Program-made: the position numbers and the translations under genes
Notes under the pieces: generated by a model
Seen by the model: only the letters and a program-made list of their open reading frames with translations
What the model was told of the DNA's origin: nothing
Database searches by the model: none
From: an uncultured Verrucomicrobiae bacterium
GTDB taxonomy: Bacteria > Verrucomicrobiota > Verrucomicrobiia > Chthoniobacterales > Chthoniobacteraceae
Reading direction: 5' to 3'
DNA: 64,000 nt
NCBI GenBank assembly: GCA_963769025.1
Contig: CAVYKI010000003.1
Coordinates: 1,024,001-1,088,000 of the forward strand
Shown here: piece after piece, positions 28,410-38,631 of the stretch
Layout: each line of letters begins with the position of its first letter
Position numbering within the stretch: position 1 is the first letter of the stretch

Positions 28410-29210
28410 ATGCGCTACATCGAACCTCACGGCCACATGGTCTCGCGGACGACGGATGACTATCAGGCGATGGTCCTCTCGGGCTGCAAGGCGGTTTGCG
28501 AACCGGCGTTCTGGGCGGGCTTTGACCGCAGCGGCGTCCAGGGATTTTACGACTACTTTTGCCAGCTCACGGATTTCGAGCCGAAGCGCGCGGCGAAGTT
28601 CGGCCTGCCGCACTACTCGTGGCTGTGCATCAACCCGAAGGAATCCGAGGACATGAAGCTCGCCGAGGAGGTGATCTCGATCATCCCGGAATTTCTCAGC
28701 CGGCCCAATGTGCTCGGCATCGGCGAAATCGGCCTGAACAAGAACACGCGCAACGAGCTGAAAATCCTGGAGCAGCACATCGACCTCGCGGCGAAGTACG
28801 GGCAGCTCATCCTCGTCCACACGCCGCACCTGGAGGACAAGCTGAAGGGCACGCGGCTGATTCTCGATGTGTTGAAAAACAACAGCCGCATCCTTCCGAA
28901 GCATGTCATCATCGACCACGTCGAGGAACACACGGTGAAGATGGTGCTCGATACCGGGATGTGGGCGGGCATGACGCTTTATCCCGAGTCAAAGTGCACG
29001 CCGGCGCGGGCGATCGACATTCTGGACAACTACGGCGCGGAGCGCATCTGGATGAACTCGGCGTGCGACTGGGGCGTGAGCATCCCGCTGGCGGTCCCGC
29101 GGACGGCGCTGGAGATGCGGAAGCGCGGCTGGGCCGAGGAGCGCACGGATGCCGTGGTGTACGGAAACCCGCTGCGCTTCATGTCGCAAAACCCCCGCTT
29201 CCGCATTTGA
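28410..29210 (+). CDS. TatD-family metallohydrolase (EboB-like subgroup)
   Basis: IEPHGHMVSRTTDDY, EPAFWAG, CINPKE, IGEIGL, VHTPH, IDHVEE, NSACDWG. Confidence 0.85.
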   Translation: MRYIEPHGHMVSRTTDDYQAMVLSGCKAVCEPAFWAGFDRSGVQGFYDYFCQLTDFEPKRAAKFGLPHYSWLCINPKESEDMKLAEEVISIIPEFLSRPNVLGIGEIGLNKNTRNELKILEQHIDLAAKYGQLILVHTPHLEDKLKGTRLILDVLKNNSRILPKHVIIDHVEEHTVKMVLDTGMWAGMTLYPESKCTPARAIDILDNYGAERIWMNSACDWGVSIPLAVPRTALEMRKRGWAEERTDAVVYGNPLRFMSQNPRFRI

Positions 29211-29263
29211 CGAACGGCAGATTGCCCCTTGGCAGTCAGAGGCTCCGCGCTACCCTTCCGGCT

Positions 29264-31324
29264 GTGATTCGCCGACCCTTGCACCTTGCCCTTTGCGCGC
29301 TCATGGCCGCGGAGGCTTCGCACGCCCAGGAAGTACCCCCACGCCCAGTGGTGCGCGCTTACCCAAAAGCGGCGACCGTCCCGCCCGCCGCGCTCATCGG
29401 CGGCGGGGATGCTCCAAAGCCGGTAGCCGCGCCCGCGATCGCCGAGACACCGGTCGCACCGCCGCCGGTCGCACCGCCGGCTCCGGACCTCGGGCTTCAG
29501 CCGACTTGGGAGACGCAAAAACTGGCGCGCAATCTCATCTTTTCGATCCCGGCCCCGCGCGGCCAGATTACGGACCGCAACGGAGTCCCGCTCGCGCAGA
29601 CGCGCGTGGCGTACAATCTCGCGATCCAGTTTCCCACGCCTCCGCAATTCACCGACGCGGAGGCCGCGCGCTTCATCGCCGAGCAGGTGCGTCGCGCAGG
29701 GGAGCTCACCGGGCGTGCCATCACCGTCGATCCCGCGCGCTCGCTCAAACATTACAAGGACCGCGGCGTGATGCCGCTCGTGATCGCTCAGGACCTGAAG
29801 CCGACGGAGCTCGACCGCCTGAAGCGCGCCGATGCGCCGGGGCTGACGGCCTTGCCGACGTATCTGCGGACGTATCCGCACGGGACGCTGGCCGCGCACA
29901 TTCTCGGCTTCGTGGGCCGGTTCGGCGGTTTCCCGAGCGGTGAGATCGAAAACAACGAACTGCTCTGGCCCGACTTCGAAGGCCGCGACGGGATCGAGAA
30001 ATCCTTCAACACGCAACTGACGGGCAAGCTCGGAACGATGCACGTCTCGTACGACGCGAAAGGACAGAAGGCGGCGGAGAAGATCGTCGTCCCGCCGCGC
30101 CCAGGCCAGAACGTCGTGCTGGCGCTCGATCTGAAAATCCAGCAAGTCGTCGAACGCGTCCTGAGCACATCCCCGGGGAAACGACCCTGCGCGATGGTGG
30201 TGATGGACCCGAAGACGGGCGAGATCCTCGCCATGGCCTCGGCACCCACGTTTGATCCGAACATCTACGTCCCGAACGTCTCCACGGAGGTGATGGATAA
30301 GCTGACGAAGGATCCGTTCAATCCGCTCTTCCCCCGCGCATTCCGCGCCGCGTATCCGCCCGGCTCGATTTTCAAAGTCGTGACCGGTCTCGCCGCGCTG
30401 AACGACGGACACGTGGATCCGGAGGACGCGTTCGGCGGGGAAGCCTCGATCAAGATCGGCGGGAACACGTTCCGCAACTGGAAGAAAACCGACGTCGGCC
30501 CGCTGAATTTCGTCGAGGCGTTCATCCAGTCTTGCAACACGTACTTTTACAAGATGGGCCTGAAGTCCGGGCACGTACCCATCCTGGATTATTCGAGCCG
30601 CCTCGGCCTCGGCGCAAAGACGGGCATCCCGCTCTCCGCCGAGGAGCCGGGAAACCTGATGACCACCGAATACATGCTCAAGCAGCACAAGCGGCGCATC
30701 ATGCCGGGCGACATCGCGAACATGAGCATCGGCCAGGGCGACACCCTTGTGACTCCCATCCAGATGGCATCGATGATGTCCGCCATCGGAAATGGCGGGA
30801 CCGTTTTCCAACCACGCCTCGTCCTGCAGGTGCAGGATCTCGATGGGAAAGTCACCTTCGGCTACGACACGCGCGTCCGGAATCAGATCGATATCCACCG
30901 CGACACGATGAAGGCGCTGCGCGTGGGACTCGATGGCGTCGTGAGCAACCGCGGCGGCACCGCCGGACGCGCGGGAGTCCCCGGCTTCAAAGTCGCCGGC
31001 AAGACCGGCACCGCACAATGGGGCGCTGGAAAAAGCGAAAAGGTCGCGGCGTGGTTCGTCGGATTCGCGCCGCTCGAACGCCCGCAGTATGCTTTCGCCG
31101 TGCTCTACGAGGGGAAACCGCGCGACCACGACGTCCACGGCGGCACCTATGCAGCGCCGATCGCCGGCCGCGTGCTGAAGGAAATCCTGAAGCCCGAGCC
31201 GAAGGAGGAAAAAAAGAGCAGCGCCAAGAAGAAGCGCGTGGTCGAGGAAGCCGACGAGGAAATGGACGCCGCCGCTCCGCGCAAACGCAAACGCAGCGTG
31301 GACCCCGACAACGGGAATCAGTGA
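29264..31324 (+). CDS. mrdA: Penicillin-binding protein 2 (class B)
   Basis: APRGQITDRNG, PGSIFK (SxxK), SCN (SxN), GKTGTAQ; start at GTG 29264 is approximate. Confidence 0.9.
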   Translation: MIRRPLHLALCALMAAEASHAQEVPPRPVVRAYPKAATVPPAALIGGGDAPKPVAAPAIAETPVAPPPVAPPAPDLGLQPTWETQKLARNLIFSIPAPRGQITDRNGVPLAQTRVAYNLAIQFPTPPQFTDAEAARFIAEQVRRAGELTGRAITVDPARSLKHYKDRGVMPLVIAQDLKPTELDRLKRADAPGLTALPTYLRTYPHGTLAAHILGFVGRFGGFPSGEIENNELLWPDFEGRDGIEKSFNTQLTGKLGTMHVSYDAKGQKAAEKIVVPPRPGQNVVLALDLKIQQVVERVLSTSPGKRPCAMVVMDPKTGEILAMASAPTFDPNIYVPNVSTEVMDKLTKDPFNPLFPRAFRAAYPPGSIFKVVTGLAALNDGHVDPEDAFGGEASIKIGGNTFRNWKKTDVGPLNFVEAFIQSCNTYFYKMGLKSGHVPILDYSSRLGLGAKTGIPLSAEEPGNLMTTEYMLKQHKRRIMPGDIANMSIGQGDTLVTPIQMASMMSAIGNGGTVFQPRLVLQVQDLDGKVTFGYDTRVRNQIDIHRDTMKALRVGLDGVVSNRGGTAGRAGVPGFKVAGKTGTAQWGAGKSEKVAAWFVGFAPLERPQYAFAVLYEGKPRDHDVHGGTYAAPIAGRVLKEILKPEPKEEKKSSAKKKRVVEEADEEMDAAAPRKRKRSVDPDNGNQ

Positions 31325-31391
31325 TCGCGGATCGCGAGTCCGCCTCGCGGGCGCTTGTGCGCAGGATTCATTCTGGCAGAAGTTGCGGACG

Positions 31392-32210
31392 ATGACGCGC
31401 AAAGTGACCATTCACCGTCTCGCGGAAGGCATCACGCCGGGACCGTGCGAGGATGAAGTGGTGATTGAGGAGCCGCTCGAAATCCGGATCGAGGGAGCGC
31501 CGGTCGCCATCGCCATGCGCACGCCGGGCCAGGACGAGGAACTCGCAGCGGGCTGGTTGCTGAGCGAAGGGCTCGCGGGTTCGCCGGCCGACATCGCGGC
31601 GATCGTCCCGAAACCCGGTGGCGATGGCCAGCGCGCGGCGATGGTGGACGTGATGTTGCGCGACCCTGCGGGCTTCGACGCCGCGCGGCACCGGCGCAGC
31701 CTCGTCACGAATGCAAGCTGCGGGCTTTGCGGGGCGGCGACCGTGGATCAGGTGCTTCGGGATTTTCCGAAAGTGACATCACCTTTTGAAATCGCATCCG
31801 GATTGATCCTCAAAATGCCCGCGCTCCTCTCCGCGGAGCAGAGCGCCTTCCGACGCACAGGCGGCGTCCACGCCTGCGGGCTTTTCGACGCCGCAGGCCG
31901 CATGCTCGCGCTGCGCGAAGACGTGGGCCGGCACAACGCCCTCGACAAACTGCTCGGCCGCGCGCTGCTCGACGGGTTGCTCCCGCTTTCACGACACGTC
32001 ATTTTTCTCAGCGGCCGCGTCTCCCTGGAGATGATGCAAAAGGCGCTCGCGGCGGGGGTGCCGCTGGTGGCTGCCATCGGCGCGCCATCCTCGCTGGCGA
32101 TCGAACTGGCGGCGAAAAGCGGCCAGGCGCTTGTGGCGTTCATCCGCAGCGGAACGATGAATGTTTACGCCGGGATCGAGAGACTTCGCGGAGCGGGCAG
32201 GCATCAGTAG
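31392..32210 (+). CDS. fdhD: FdhD/NarQ sulfurtransferase
   Basis: EEPLEI, MRTPG, SCGLCG, TGGVH, REDVGRHNALDK, SGRVS.EM.QK. Confidence 0.93.
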   Translation: MTRKVTIHRLAEGITPGPCEDEVVIEEPLEIRIEGAPVAIAMRTPGQDEELAAGWLLSEGLAGSPADIAAIVPKPGGDGQRAAMVDVMLRDPAGFDAARHRRSLVTNASCGLCGAATVDQVLRDFPKVTSPFEIASGLILKMPALLSAEQSAFRRTGGVHACGLFDAAGRMLALREDVGRHNALDKLLGRALLDGLLPLSRHVIFLSGRVSLEMMQKALAAGVPLVAAIGAPSSLAIELAAKSGQALVAFIRSGTMNVYAGIERLRGAGRHQ

Positions 32211-32241
32211 CCCAACCAAGCCCACCCGCCCCGCTTGGAAA

Positions 32242-32652
32242 TCAGCTCATCGAGAGAGGTGCCTCGGAAAGTTTCAACACGCGGCCTTCCGGGTCGCGGA
32301 AATTGGTGAACGGCCCGACCGTCGTGACGATGATCCCCTGCCGGCGCAACTCGGCGAGCAGCGAGTCCTGACGCTTGAGGACGAGGCTCAGGTGAAAGTA
32401 GCTCACCATCTCGCTGTTCTCCGCGGGGCGCAGGCAGATGGGGATTCCGGCGAGATCCATGGTGCAGAAGTGCCCGTATTTTTCCTGCACGACGCGTGCA
32501 TTGAGGAGGTTAACGTAGAAGTCGCGGACCGCGTTGTACTGGAGGGTAAAAATCGTGATGCCGTAGCACTTCGGCTGCGCGACGACCGCACTGGCCGTGG
32601 CCGTGTCGCGGTCGTGTTCCGAATCAGTGTTGAGGCGAGAGAGGCTTAGCAT
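32242..32652 (-). CDS. VOC/glyoxalase-family protein
   Basis: VRDFYVNLL..., FHLSL, FRDPEGRVL.L pattern. Confidence 0.75.
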   Translation of the reverse strand: MLSLSRLNTDSEHDRDTATASAVVAQPKCYGITIFTLQYNAVRDFYVNLLNARVVQEKYGHFCTMDLAGIPICLRPAENSEMVSYFHLSLVLKRQDSLLAELRRQGIIVTTVGPFTNFRDPEGRVLKLSEAPLSMS

Positions 32653-32664
32653 GGGACCCGATAT

Positions 32665-32681
32665 AGCGAAGGGTGTGCCAA
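32665..32681 (-). promoter_or_regulatory. Candidate sigma54 promoter for the VOC gene
   Basis: Minus strand TTGGCACACCCTTCGCT (GG-N10-GC); upstream AT-rich tract 32682-32710 and TTGCGCAA palindrome at 32724-32731. Confidence 0.55.
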
Positions 32682-32768
32682 TTCCATAACTTCTATAATT
32701 AGAATAAACACAGCACTCGTCCGTTGCGCAATTCTCACTTTCCACCCGCTGCAACCCGACCGGGCGCC

Positions 32769-35364
32769 CTACGGATTCGCCGCGCGCTTTTTCTGAAAAT
32801 ACTCCGGGTACTTGCTCCGGAGCTGGTTCTCCAAACGCTTCATGTCGGCCGCGTTGCCGAGCTTCGTTTGAAGTTCGAGCGCACGCTCCAGCGCTCGCGG
32901 GCTGACTTCGTCATCATCGATCGTCACCGGGATCGTCTCGTAGATTTGCAGCGCCTTTGTCGCGTTGCCGCGACCGGCCTCCACATCGCCGGCACGCAGG
33001 CGCAACTCGCCATTGTACCGGCCCTCGGTCGCGAGATTCAGCCCGTCCTTCACGGTCTGCTCGGCGCCGTTCCAGTCCTTCAGCAAAAGTTGCGCGTCCG
33101 CCTTTTCGATCATCCCCGCGACGCGCGGCACCGGGTCCTTCGCCGAGGCCAGATAGTCGTCGAAGCTCGCGACGGCCTCCTTGAATTTTCCCATCTTCAC
33201 CCGGCTGCGCGCGAGCAGCAGGAAGTCATCGCCGACAGCCTCCTTCCGCTTCACCAGCTCCGGGAGGAATTTCTCCGCGCGCTCGTACTGCCCGCGCTCA
33301 AAACTTTTCTGTCCGACCCAGCGGATCACATCGCTCGGAGTCACAGCCTTCCCGCCGTTCGCCTTGTAAAACTCGATCTCCTTCTCCGTCGCCTCGATGT
33401 CCTCGAGGTTGTAAAGGCACGCCATGAGCGCCAGCGAGCTGCGCTCGAAAAACTGCTCCTTGTCCAGCTTGCGCGCCGCATCGAGGTGCGGCGCGGACTT
33501 TTTGTAATTCTTCGCCTCGAACGCCGTGCGTCCGATCCAGTAATTCGCCTTCGCCCGCGCCGCCGACTCCGGAAATTCCTTCAGCAGCATCTCAAACGCG
33601 TCCGCCATGCGCGCCTGATCGCCGAGCTGCCCGTAAATCAACGCGAGATTTTCGAGCCCGAACTCGCGCTCCCTCGCCTTCGGGTGTTTCGAAACCAGCA
33701 CCTCAAAATCCTTTTGCGCCGCCGAATATTGCCGCAGTTGCATCAGCGCCGAACCGCGCTGCGCGAGCGCCGTCGGCACTTTTGGATGCGTCGGAAACTC
33801 ATTCAAAAACGCCCCGAACGTCGCCACCGCCTTGTCGAAATGCCCGAGCTGCATCCAGCACCATCCGAGCTTGAACGTCGCCTCGCCCTTGTAGTTCGCC
33901 GGCAGCCCCTTCGTCTTGGACACCACGATCTCGTAAATCGGAGCCGCGTGCTCGAAATCCCCCGCCTTGAACAGCGCCTCCGCCTTCATCAGCTGCACGC
34001 GCTCGACCTGCGGCGCAGTCGGGTTGTCGGTCAGGAACGCATTCACCTCGTTCAGCAGCCGGTCGTCGCCGGCGTCGTAAAGCATCACCAGCCGCGCGTA
34101 GCCGGCATCGCGCGCCTGCTGCGTCGCGGGATATTCCTGCGCGATCTGCGCGTACGTCGCGAGCGCCTCCTCGCGCTGCCCCAATTCGCGCTGCGCATCT
34201 GCCACGGTCACCAAAATGTTCAGCTTGCTCTCGATCTTGATGCCGGCCCCGGCGCCAGACTGATACCGCGCGAGCACGCCCTTGTAGTCCTTCTTGTCAT
34301 ACAGGAGCCGGAAGCCCGCCACCGCGATCGTGTCCTTCCACACCGCGATCTCCGGCATCGCCAGCGCCGCATCGAAAGTCTTTGAAGCCTCGTCCGGCTT
34401 CCCGAGGTCGAGCTGCAAAAGCCCCGTGCGCGCCAGCGCCTCCGCCTTGATCTGTGCGTTGCTCGTCTCCGCGGCGAGCGGCTGCAGCCATTTCAGCGCC
34501 TGCTCGCGCTGGCCCTCCTCCGAATACATCCGTCCCGTCGAGAGACGGCTCGCATCGCGGAACGGATTGTTTTCCACGATCTTCGCGAGGTCCTCGTACT
34601 GCTGCCGCGCCTCCCGCTTTTGCGAAAGCGCCTCCAGGCAGCGGCCCACGTAAAACCGCGATGCATAAATCAACGTCGGCTGCGTGAGCCGCACCGACGC
34701 CTTGCGGTACGACTGCAGCGCATCGCGGTAATCCTTCTCCTCGGTACTGCATCGAAGCCAGCCGGTACGCCGCATAGCCGAGAAATTCACCTGCGGTGAA
34801 ATTCGAGAGCAGCGCCCCGTAGTTTGCCTTTGCATTGTTGACCGCACCCGTCTGCCGGTAGCACTCGCCCAGCCGGTAGTATACCGCCTGCCGGTCGAGG
34901 GCCGGCGCCTTCGTAAATTGATCGAGGTACCGCTCGTATTCTGCCGCCGCATCCCGCCACAGCTTTTTCGCGTAAAAGCCATCCGCGTACTGGAGCTGTA
35001 CCTGGTCGGCGGTCGTGGGCGCGCCAGCCCGGCCCACCACGATGTCCCCCGGCTCCGGCAACTCGCTTCCCAATGGACGCGGCGTCTCCGGCATCGTCCT
35101 CGGCTGCGGAGGCCGGGGCGTCGCAGCCGCGGGTGCGGCTGGCGTCGGGCGTTTCACCGGCACCGCCTTGGGAATCTCCGGCTCGGCCGGCTCGGCGCCG
35201 GGGCGGAACGGCTTCAGCGGAATCGCGCGCGGCACTTCCCCGTCCTCGGGCGCGGCCGGGGCGCCCGGGCGGAACGGCTTCAGCACCTCATCCTGGCCGA
35301 TCGCCACCGCCGAGAACGCCGCCGCCAAGGCGACCGGCAGCACAAATGGGAGCCTGCGTTTCAT
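32769..35364 (-). CDS. Large secreted TPR protein (CpoB/BamD-like repeats); split by an apparent +1 insertion near 34743
   Basis: Signal peptide MKRRLPFVLPVALAAAFSAVAIG, Pro-rich linker, many TPRs. Removing one base gives ...LASMQYEEKDYRDAL... and 2595 nt = 865 codons. Confidence 0.85.
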
Positions 35365-35774
35365 TCGGGCCGGCTCACGGGGAAGGCGACATTCCAGATG
35401 CCCGCACCGCGGCAGACATCGAGCACCCGCGCCACGTACTTGTAAGGGACGTTTTCGTCACCGCGAAGGATGATCGCGTAGTCGGGATTGATCTTGGCGA
35501 GGATTGCCATCTTGTCGCCGAGCTCGTCGTAGCTCACCGGCTTCGTGTTCATCACCATCGAGCCGTCCGCCTTCAGGTTCAGCACCGTCTGGTTCACATC
35601 CAGCACCGGCTCCTCGCCGTGCTCCGCTGTCGGCACCTTCACATCGAGCTCCATTTCCTTGCGCGCAAAATTCCACGTGAGGATGAAAAAGCACAGCAGC
35701 ACGAGCAGCACGTCCACCATCGGTGCGATCTGAAAGCCCATCACCAGCGGCTCTGCGCGCCTGCGAAGTTTCAT
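35361..35774 (-). CDS. exbD: ExbD/TolR family protein
   Basis: QIAPMVDVLLVLLCFF, ILRGDENVPYKYV..VLD. Confidence 0.92.
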   Translation of the reverse strand: MKLRRRAEPLVMGFQIAPMVDVLLVLLCFFILTWNFARKEMELDVKVPTAEHGEEPVLDVNQTVLNLKADGSMVMNTKPVSYDELGDKMAILAKINPDYAIILRGDENVPYKYVARVLDVCRGAGIWNVAFPVSRPE

Positions 35775-35789
35775 CGGTGCGGGTCGGGG

Positions 35790-36680
35790 CTAAAATTCCT
35801 CATCCAGCGCCGCGCGCGACGGCTCGCGCTTCTTGTAGTTCAGCGCGATGAGCCCCACCACGTGCGAGCCCGCGACTTCGAGATCCGAGATCAGCCGCTG
35901 CACCTTGTTGCGGAAAAGCGCGTAAAAAATGAATGCCGTGACGCCCACCACGAGCCCCACGCCCGTGGCGACGAGCGCCTCCGAGACGCCGCTCGCCAGC
36001 GCCCAGTCGCGGTTCTGCCCCACGAGTCCCCTGCCGAGACCGCCGAAGCTTTTGATGATTCCGACGACCGTGCCGAGCAGCCCCACCATCGGCGAAAGCG
36101 TCCCGATGTCCGCGAGATACGTCACCCGATGCTGGAACGACGCCGCCTGCGAGCTGGCCTCGCTCTCCGCGATGCTCTTCACCACATCGAAATTCGCACC
36201 CGGATTCTTCGTCGCAAAATCGAGCGTCCGCTGCACCACGCGCGCCACCGCCTCGCCGTGCCGGCTCGAAATCGCCAGCAGCCCGAGGTAGTCGCGCTTT
36301 TTCAAAAGCACATCCGCGGTGTTCATGTAGTGCGGCGTGAGGATCGCCGAGCGCCGCAGCGTCGCCAGGAAAACGAGCACCAGCATCACCGTCAGGATGC
36401 TCAACACACCGAGCGGGATCATCGCCCAGCCGCCGGACTCCACGAGCGTGAGCAACGTCATCTCGCTTTTCGCGGGCTGCGCCGCGGGAACGTAGCCGGA
36501 GCCCGGCTTTGGCGTCCTCGCCGCTTCGGTTCCGGGGACGCGCGTCACCGCGCCGTCCGCCGCCGTTGCAGCCGCGGGCGGACGCGGTCCTCCCGGCGGA
36601 TTTCCGTCCGCCGGCGCCTGTGCGCCCAACTGCGAAAGCCCGAGCCAAATGACCGCCATTACAGATACGAATGATTTCAT
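35790..36680 (-). CDS. exbB: ExbB/TolQ/MotA proton channel protein
   Basis: GGWAMIPL, IGTLSPMVGLLGTVVGII.SF, GVSEALVATG.GL. Confidence 0.92.
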   Translation of the reverse strand: MKSFVSVMAVIWLGLSQLGAQAPADGNPPGGPRPPAAATAADGAVTRVPGTEAARTPKPGSGYVPAAQPAKSEMTLLTLVESGGWAMIPLGVLSILTVMLVLVFLATLRRSAILTPHYMNTADVLLKKRDYLGLLAISSRHGEAVARVVQRTLDFATKNPGANFDVVKSIAESEASSQAASFQHRVTYLADIGTLSPMVGLLGTVVGIIKSFGGLGRGLVGQNRDWALASGVSEALVATGVGLVVGVTAFIFYALFRNKVQRLISDLEVAGSHVVGLIALNYKKREPSRAALDEEF

Positions 36681-36909
36681 GTAAAACTGAGCGCGGACTG
36701 TAGCTTCCCCGCCGCCGGATGCAACAAGCGACACAGAAAGGTTGGGAGCCGAACGTCGTGGGTTGCTATCGCTCGGCGGAGTCGGGTTGAAGCAGGATTT
36801 CCGGCGCACGAAACGCCGAGCCGTTTTCAGTCTGCCATGCAGGAGCAACATTCAACCGTCAACTCACCGAGCGCTTGCGCATCCGCGCCCCGGCGTGCAG
36901 ACGGTGGGC

Positions 36910-37821
36910 ATGACTTTTCTGGCCATCGAAATCGGCGGGACGAAGCTCCAAGTCTGCGCGGGCGGCGCCGACGGTTCGATTCTGGACCGGCGGCGTTTCG
37001 CGGTGGATCGTGCGGCTGGCGGCGAAGGCATCCGCGCGCAAATCGCCGGCGCGCTCCCGGAGCTCATCGCAAAATGGAAACCCACAGCGATCGGCGTCGG
37101 CTACGGCGGGCCGGTGGATTGGAAGACGGGCCGCATCAAATGTTCGCATCACGTCGCAGGCTGGGACGATTTTCCGCTCGGCGACTGGCTGCGCGAGCGC
37201 GCGGGCATCCCGGTCTTCGTCGAAAACGACGCGAACGTCGCCGCGTTCGGCGAGGCTTTGCACGGCGCTGGACGCGGAGCGTCGCCCGTATTTTGGGTGA
37301 ACGCCGGCAGCGGCGTCGGTGGCGGGCTCGTCGTGGACGGGCGGCTCTACCACGGCGCGCTGCCCGGCGAGATGGAGATCGGCCACGTGCGGCTCGAACG
37401 CGACGGCACGATCGTCGAGGACCGCTGCTCCGGCTGGGCCGTGGATCGCGCCGTCGCCGCAGCCGTGGAAAAGGAACCGCGGAGCGTGCTCGCACGGATC
37501 GCCGCGGAGTCGAAGCCGGACGCGCGCTGCCTCACGCCGGCGATCGCCGCGGGCTGTCCCGTCGCGGACCGCATCCTCACCGGCGCGACGGACGAACTCG
37601 CCTTTGCCCTCAGTCACGTCGTGCAGCTCCTGCATCCCGAGGTCATCGTAGTCGGCGGTGGCCTGAGCCTGCTTGGTGAGCCGCTGCGCGAACGCCTCGC
37701 CGCCGCGCTCCCGCGCTGGGTCATGGCAGCCTTCGCCCCCGGCCCGCGCGTCGCACTCGCCGGCCTCGGCGAAGAGTCCGTGCCCGTCGGCGCGCTCGCG
37801 CTCTGCCGCGCGGCGCAGTAG
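36910..37821 (+). CDS. ROK-family sugar kinase
   Basis: AIEIGGTK, GVGYGGPVD, VENDANVAA.GE, GSGVGGG, EIGH. Confidence 0.9.
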   Translation: MTFLAIEIGGTKLQVCAGGADGSILDRRRFAVDRAAGGEGIRAQIAGALPELIAKWKPTAIGVGYGGPVDWKTGRIKCSHHVAGWDDFPLGDWLRERAGIPVFVENDANVAAFGEALHGAGRGASPVFWVNAGSGVGGGLVVDGRLYHGALPGEMEIGHVRLERDGTIVEDRCSGWAVDRAVAAAVEKEPRSVLARIAAESKPDARCLTPAIAAGCPVADRILTGATDELAFALSHVVQLLHPEVIVVGGGLSLLGEPLRERLAAALPRWVMAAFAPGPRVALAGLGEESVPVGALALCRAAQ

Positions 37822-37901
37822 CCGCCGACGGCAGGAGGCGGGCACTTTGAAAAGGGAAACACGAAAGGAAAGTCGGCCCGCCTCCTTCCGTCGGCGGCTA
37901 C
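37818..37901. repeat. GTAG REP doublet (REPIN-like), family A
   Basis: 26-bp inverted arms GTAGCCGCCGACGG.AGGAGGCGGGC with an A-rich spacer; near-identical copy at 43089-43164. Confidence 0.85.
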
Positions 37902-37956
37902 CGTGAGTCCGCATCCCCTTCTCGACAGCGCCGCGCCTTTCACCGAAAAGTGCCGG

Positions 37957-38523
37957 ATGCTCGACTGGCTCGAAGACTATATCACTGCGCAAAAGAAGGC
38001 GCTCGACACCATCAAACCCGCGGACCTCGTCCCGCTCGTCGCCACCTTGCGCGAGGCCCACCGGGCTGGTCGCCGCATTTTCGTGGCGGGCAATGGCGGT
38101 AGCGCGGCGAACGCCTCGCACTTTGTCACCGACCTCGGCAAAAATTCCAGCGAGGCCATGCCCTCGCCCTTCCGCGTGCTCTCGCTCACGGACAACACGC
38201 CGTGGATCACCGCCATCGGCAACGACTACTCGTTCGACGACGTCTTCCTGCGCCAGCTCAAGAACCACGGCGAAGCCGGCGACGTGCTGCTCGTCATCAG
38301 CGTGAGCGGCAATTCGCCGAACCTCGTGAAGATTCTCGAATGGTCGAAGCAAAACTGCCTGAAAACCATCGCGCTCGTGGGCGGAAAACGCGGCCGCTGC
38401 GCGGAACTGGCCGACCAGGTCATCGTCGTCGGCGACACGCACTACGGCCGCGTCGAGGACGTGCAGATGAACATCCTGCACATGCTCTGCTACGTCTTCG
38501 TTGAGCGCGAAGACGCACGGTAG
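37957..38523 (+). CDS. SIS-domain sugar-phosphate isomerase (GmhA-like)
   Basis: FVAGNGGSAANASH, TAIGNDYS, ISVSGNSPN, YGRVED.Q...H. Confidence 0.88.
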   Translation: MLDWLEDYITAQKKALDTIKPADLVPLVATLREAHRAGRRIFVAGNGGSAANASHFVTDLGKNSSEAMPSPFRVLSLTDNTPWITAIGNDYSFDDVFLRQLKNHGEAGDVLLVISVSGNSPNLVKILEWSKQNCLKTIALVGGKRGRCAELADQVIVVGDTHYGRVEDVQMNILHMLCYVFVEREDAR

Positions 38524-38545
38524 GGCGCTTTCGCCGAAAGCGCCC
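38520..38545 (+). repeat. GTAG REP palindrome, family B
   Basis: GTAGGGCGCTTTCGCCGAAAGCGCCC; identical copy at about 39347-39373. Confidence 0.8.
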
Positions 38546-38631
38546 CATTCCTCAGGCGCAGGCGCCCGGCGAGCAGGTCCATCCCCACTTTCCCCTCGCC
38601 CAACTTCCCCGTTTCGCGAAACTCGCGCCGC

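Noticed and set aside
31392..32210. FdhD next to PBP2 as a functional link
   Set aside because: Stand-alone fdhD genes are common and nothing in the sequence supports coupling
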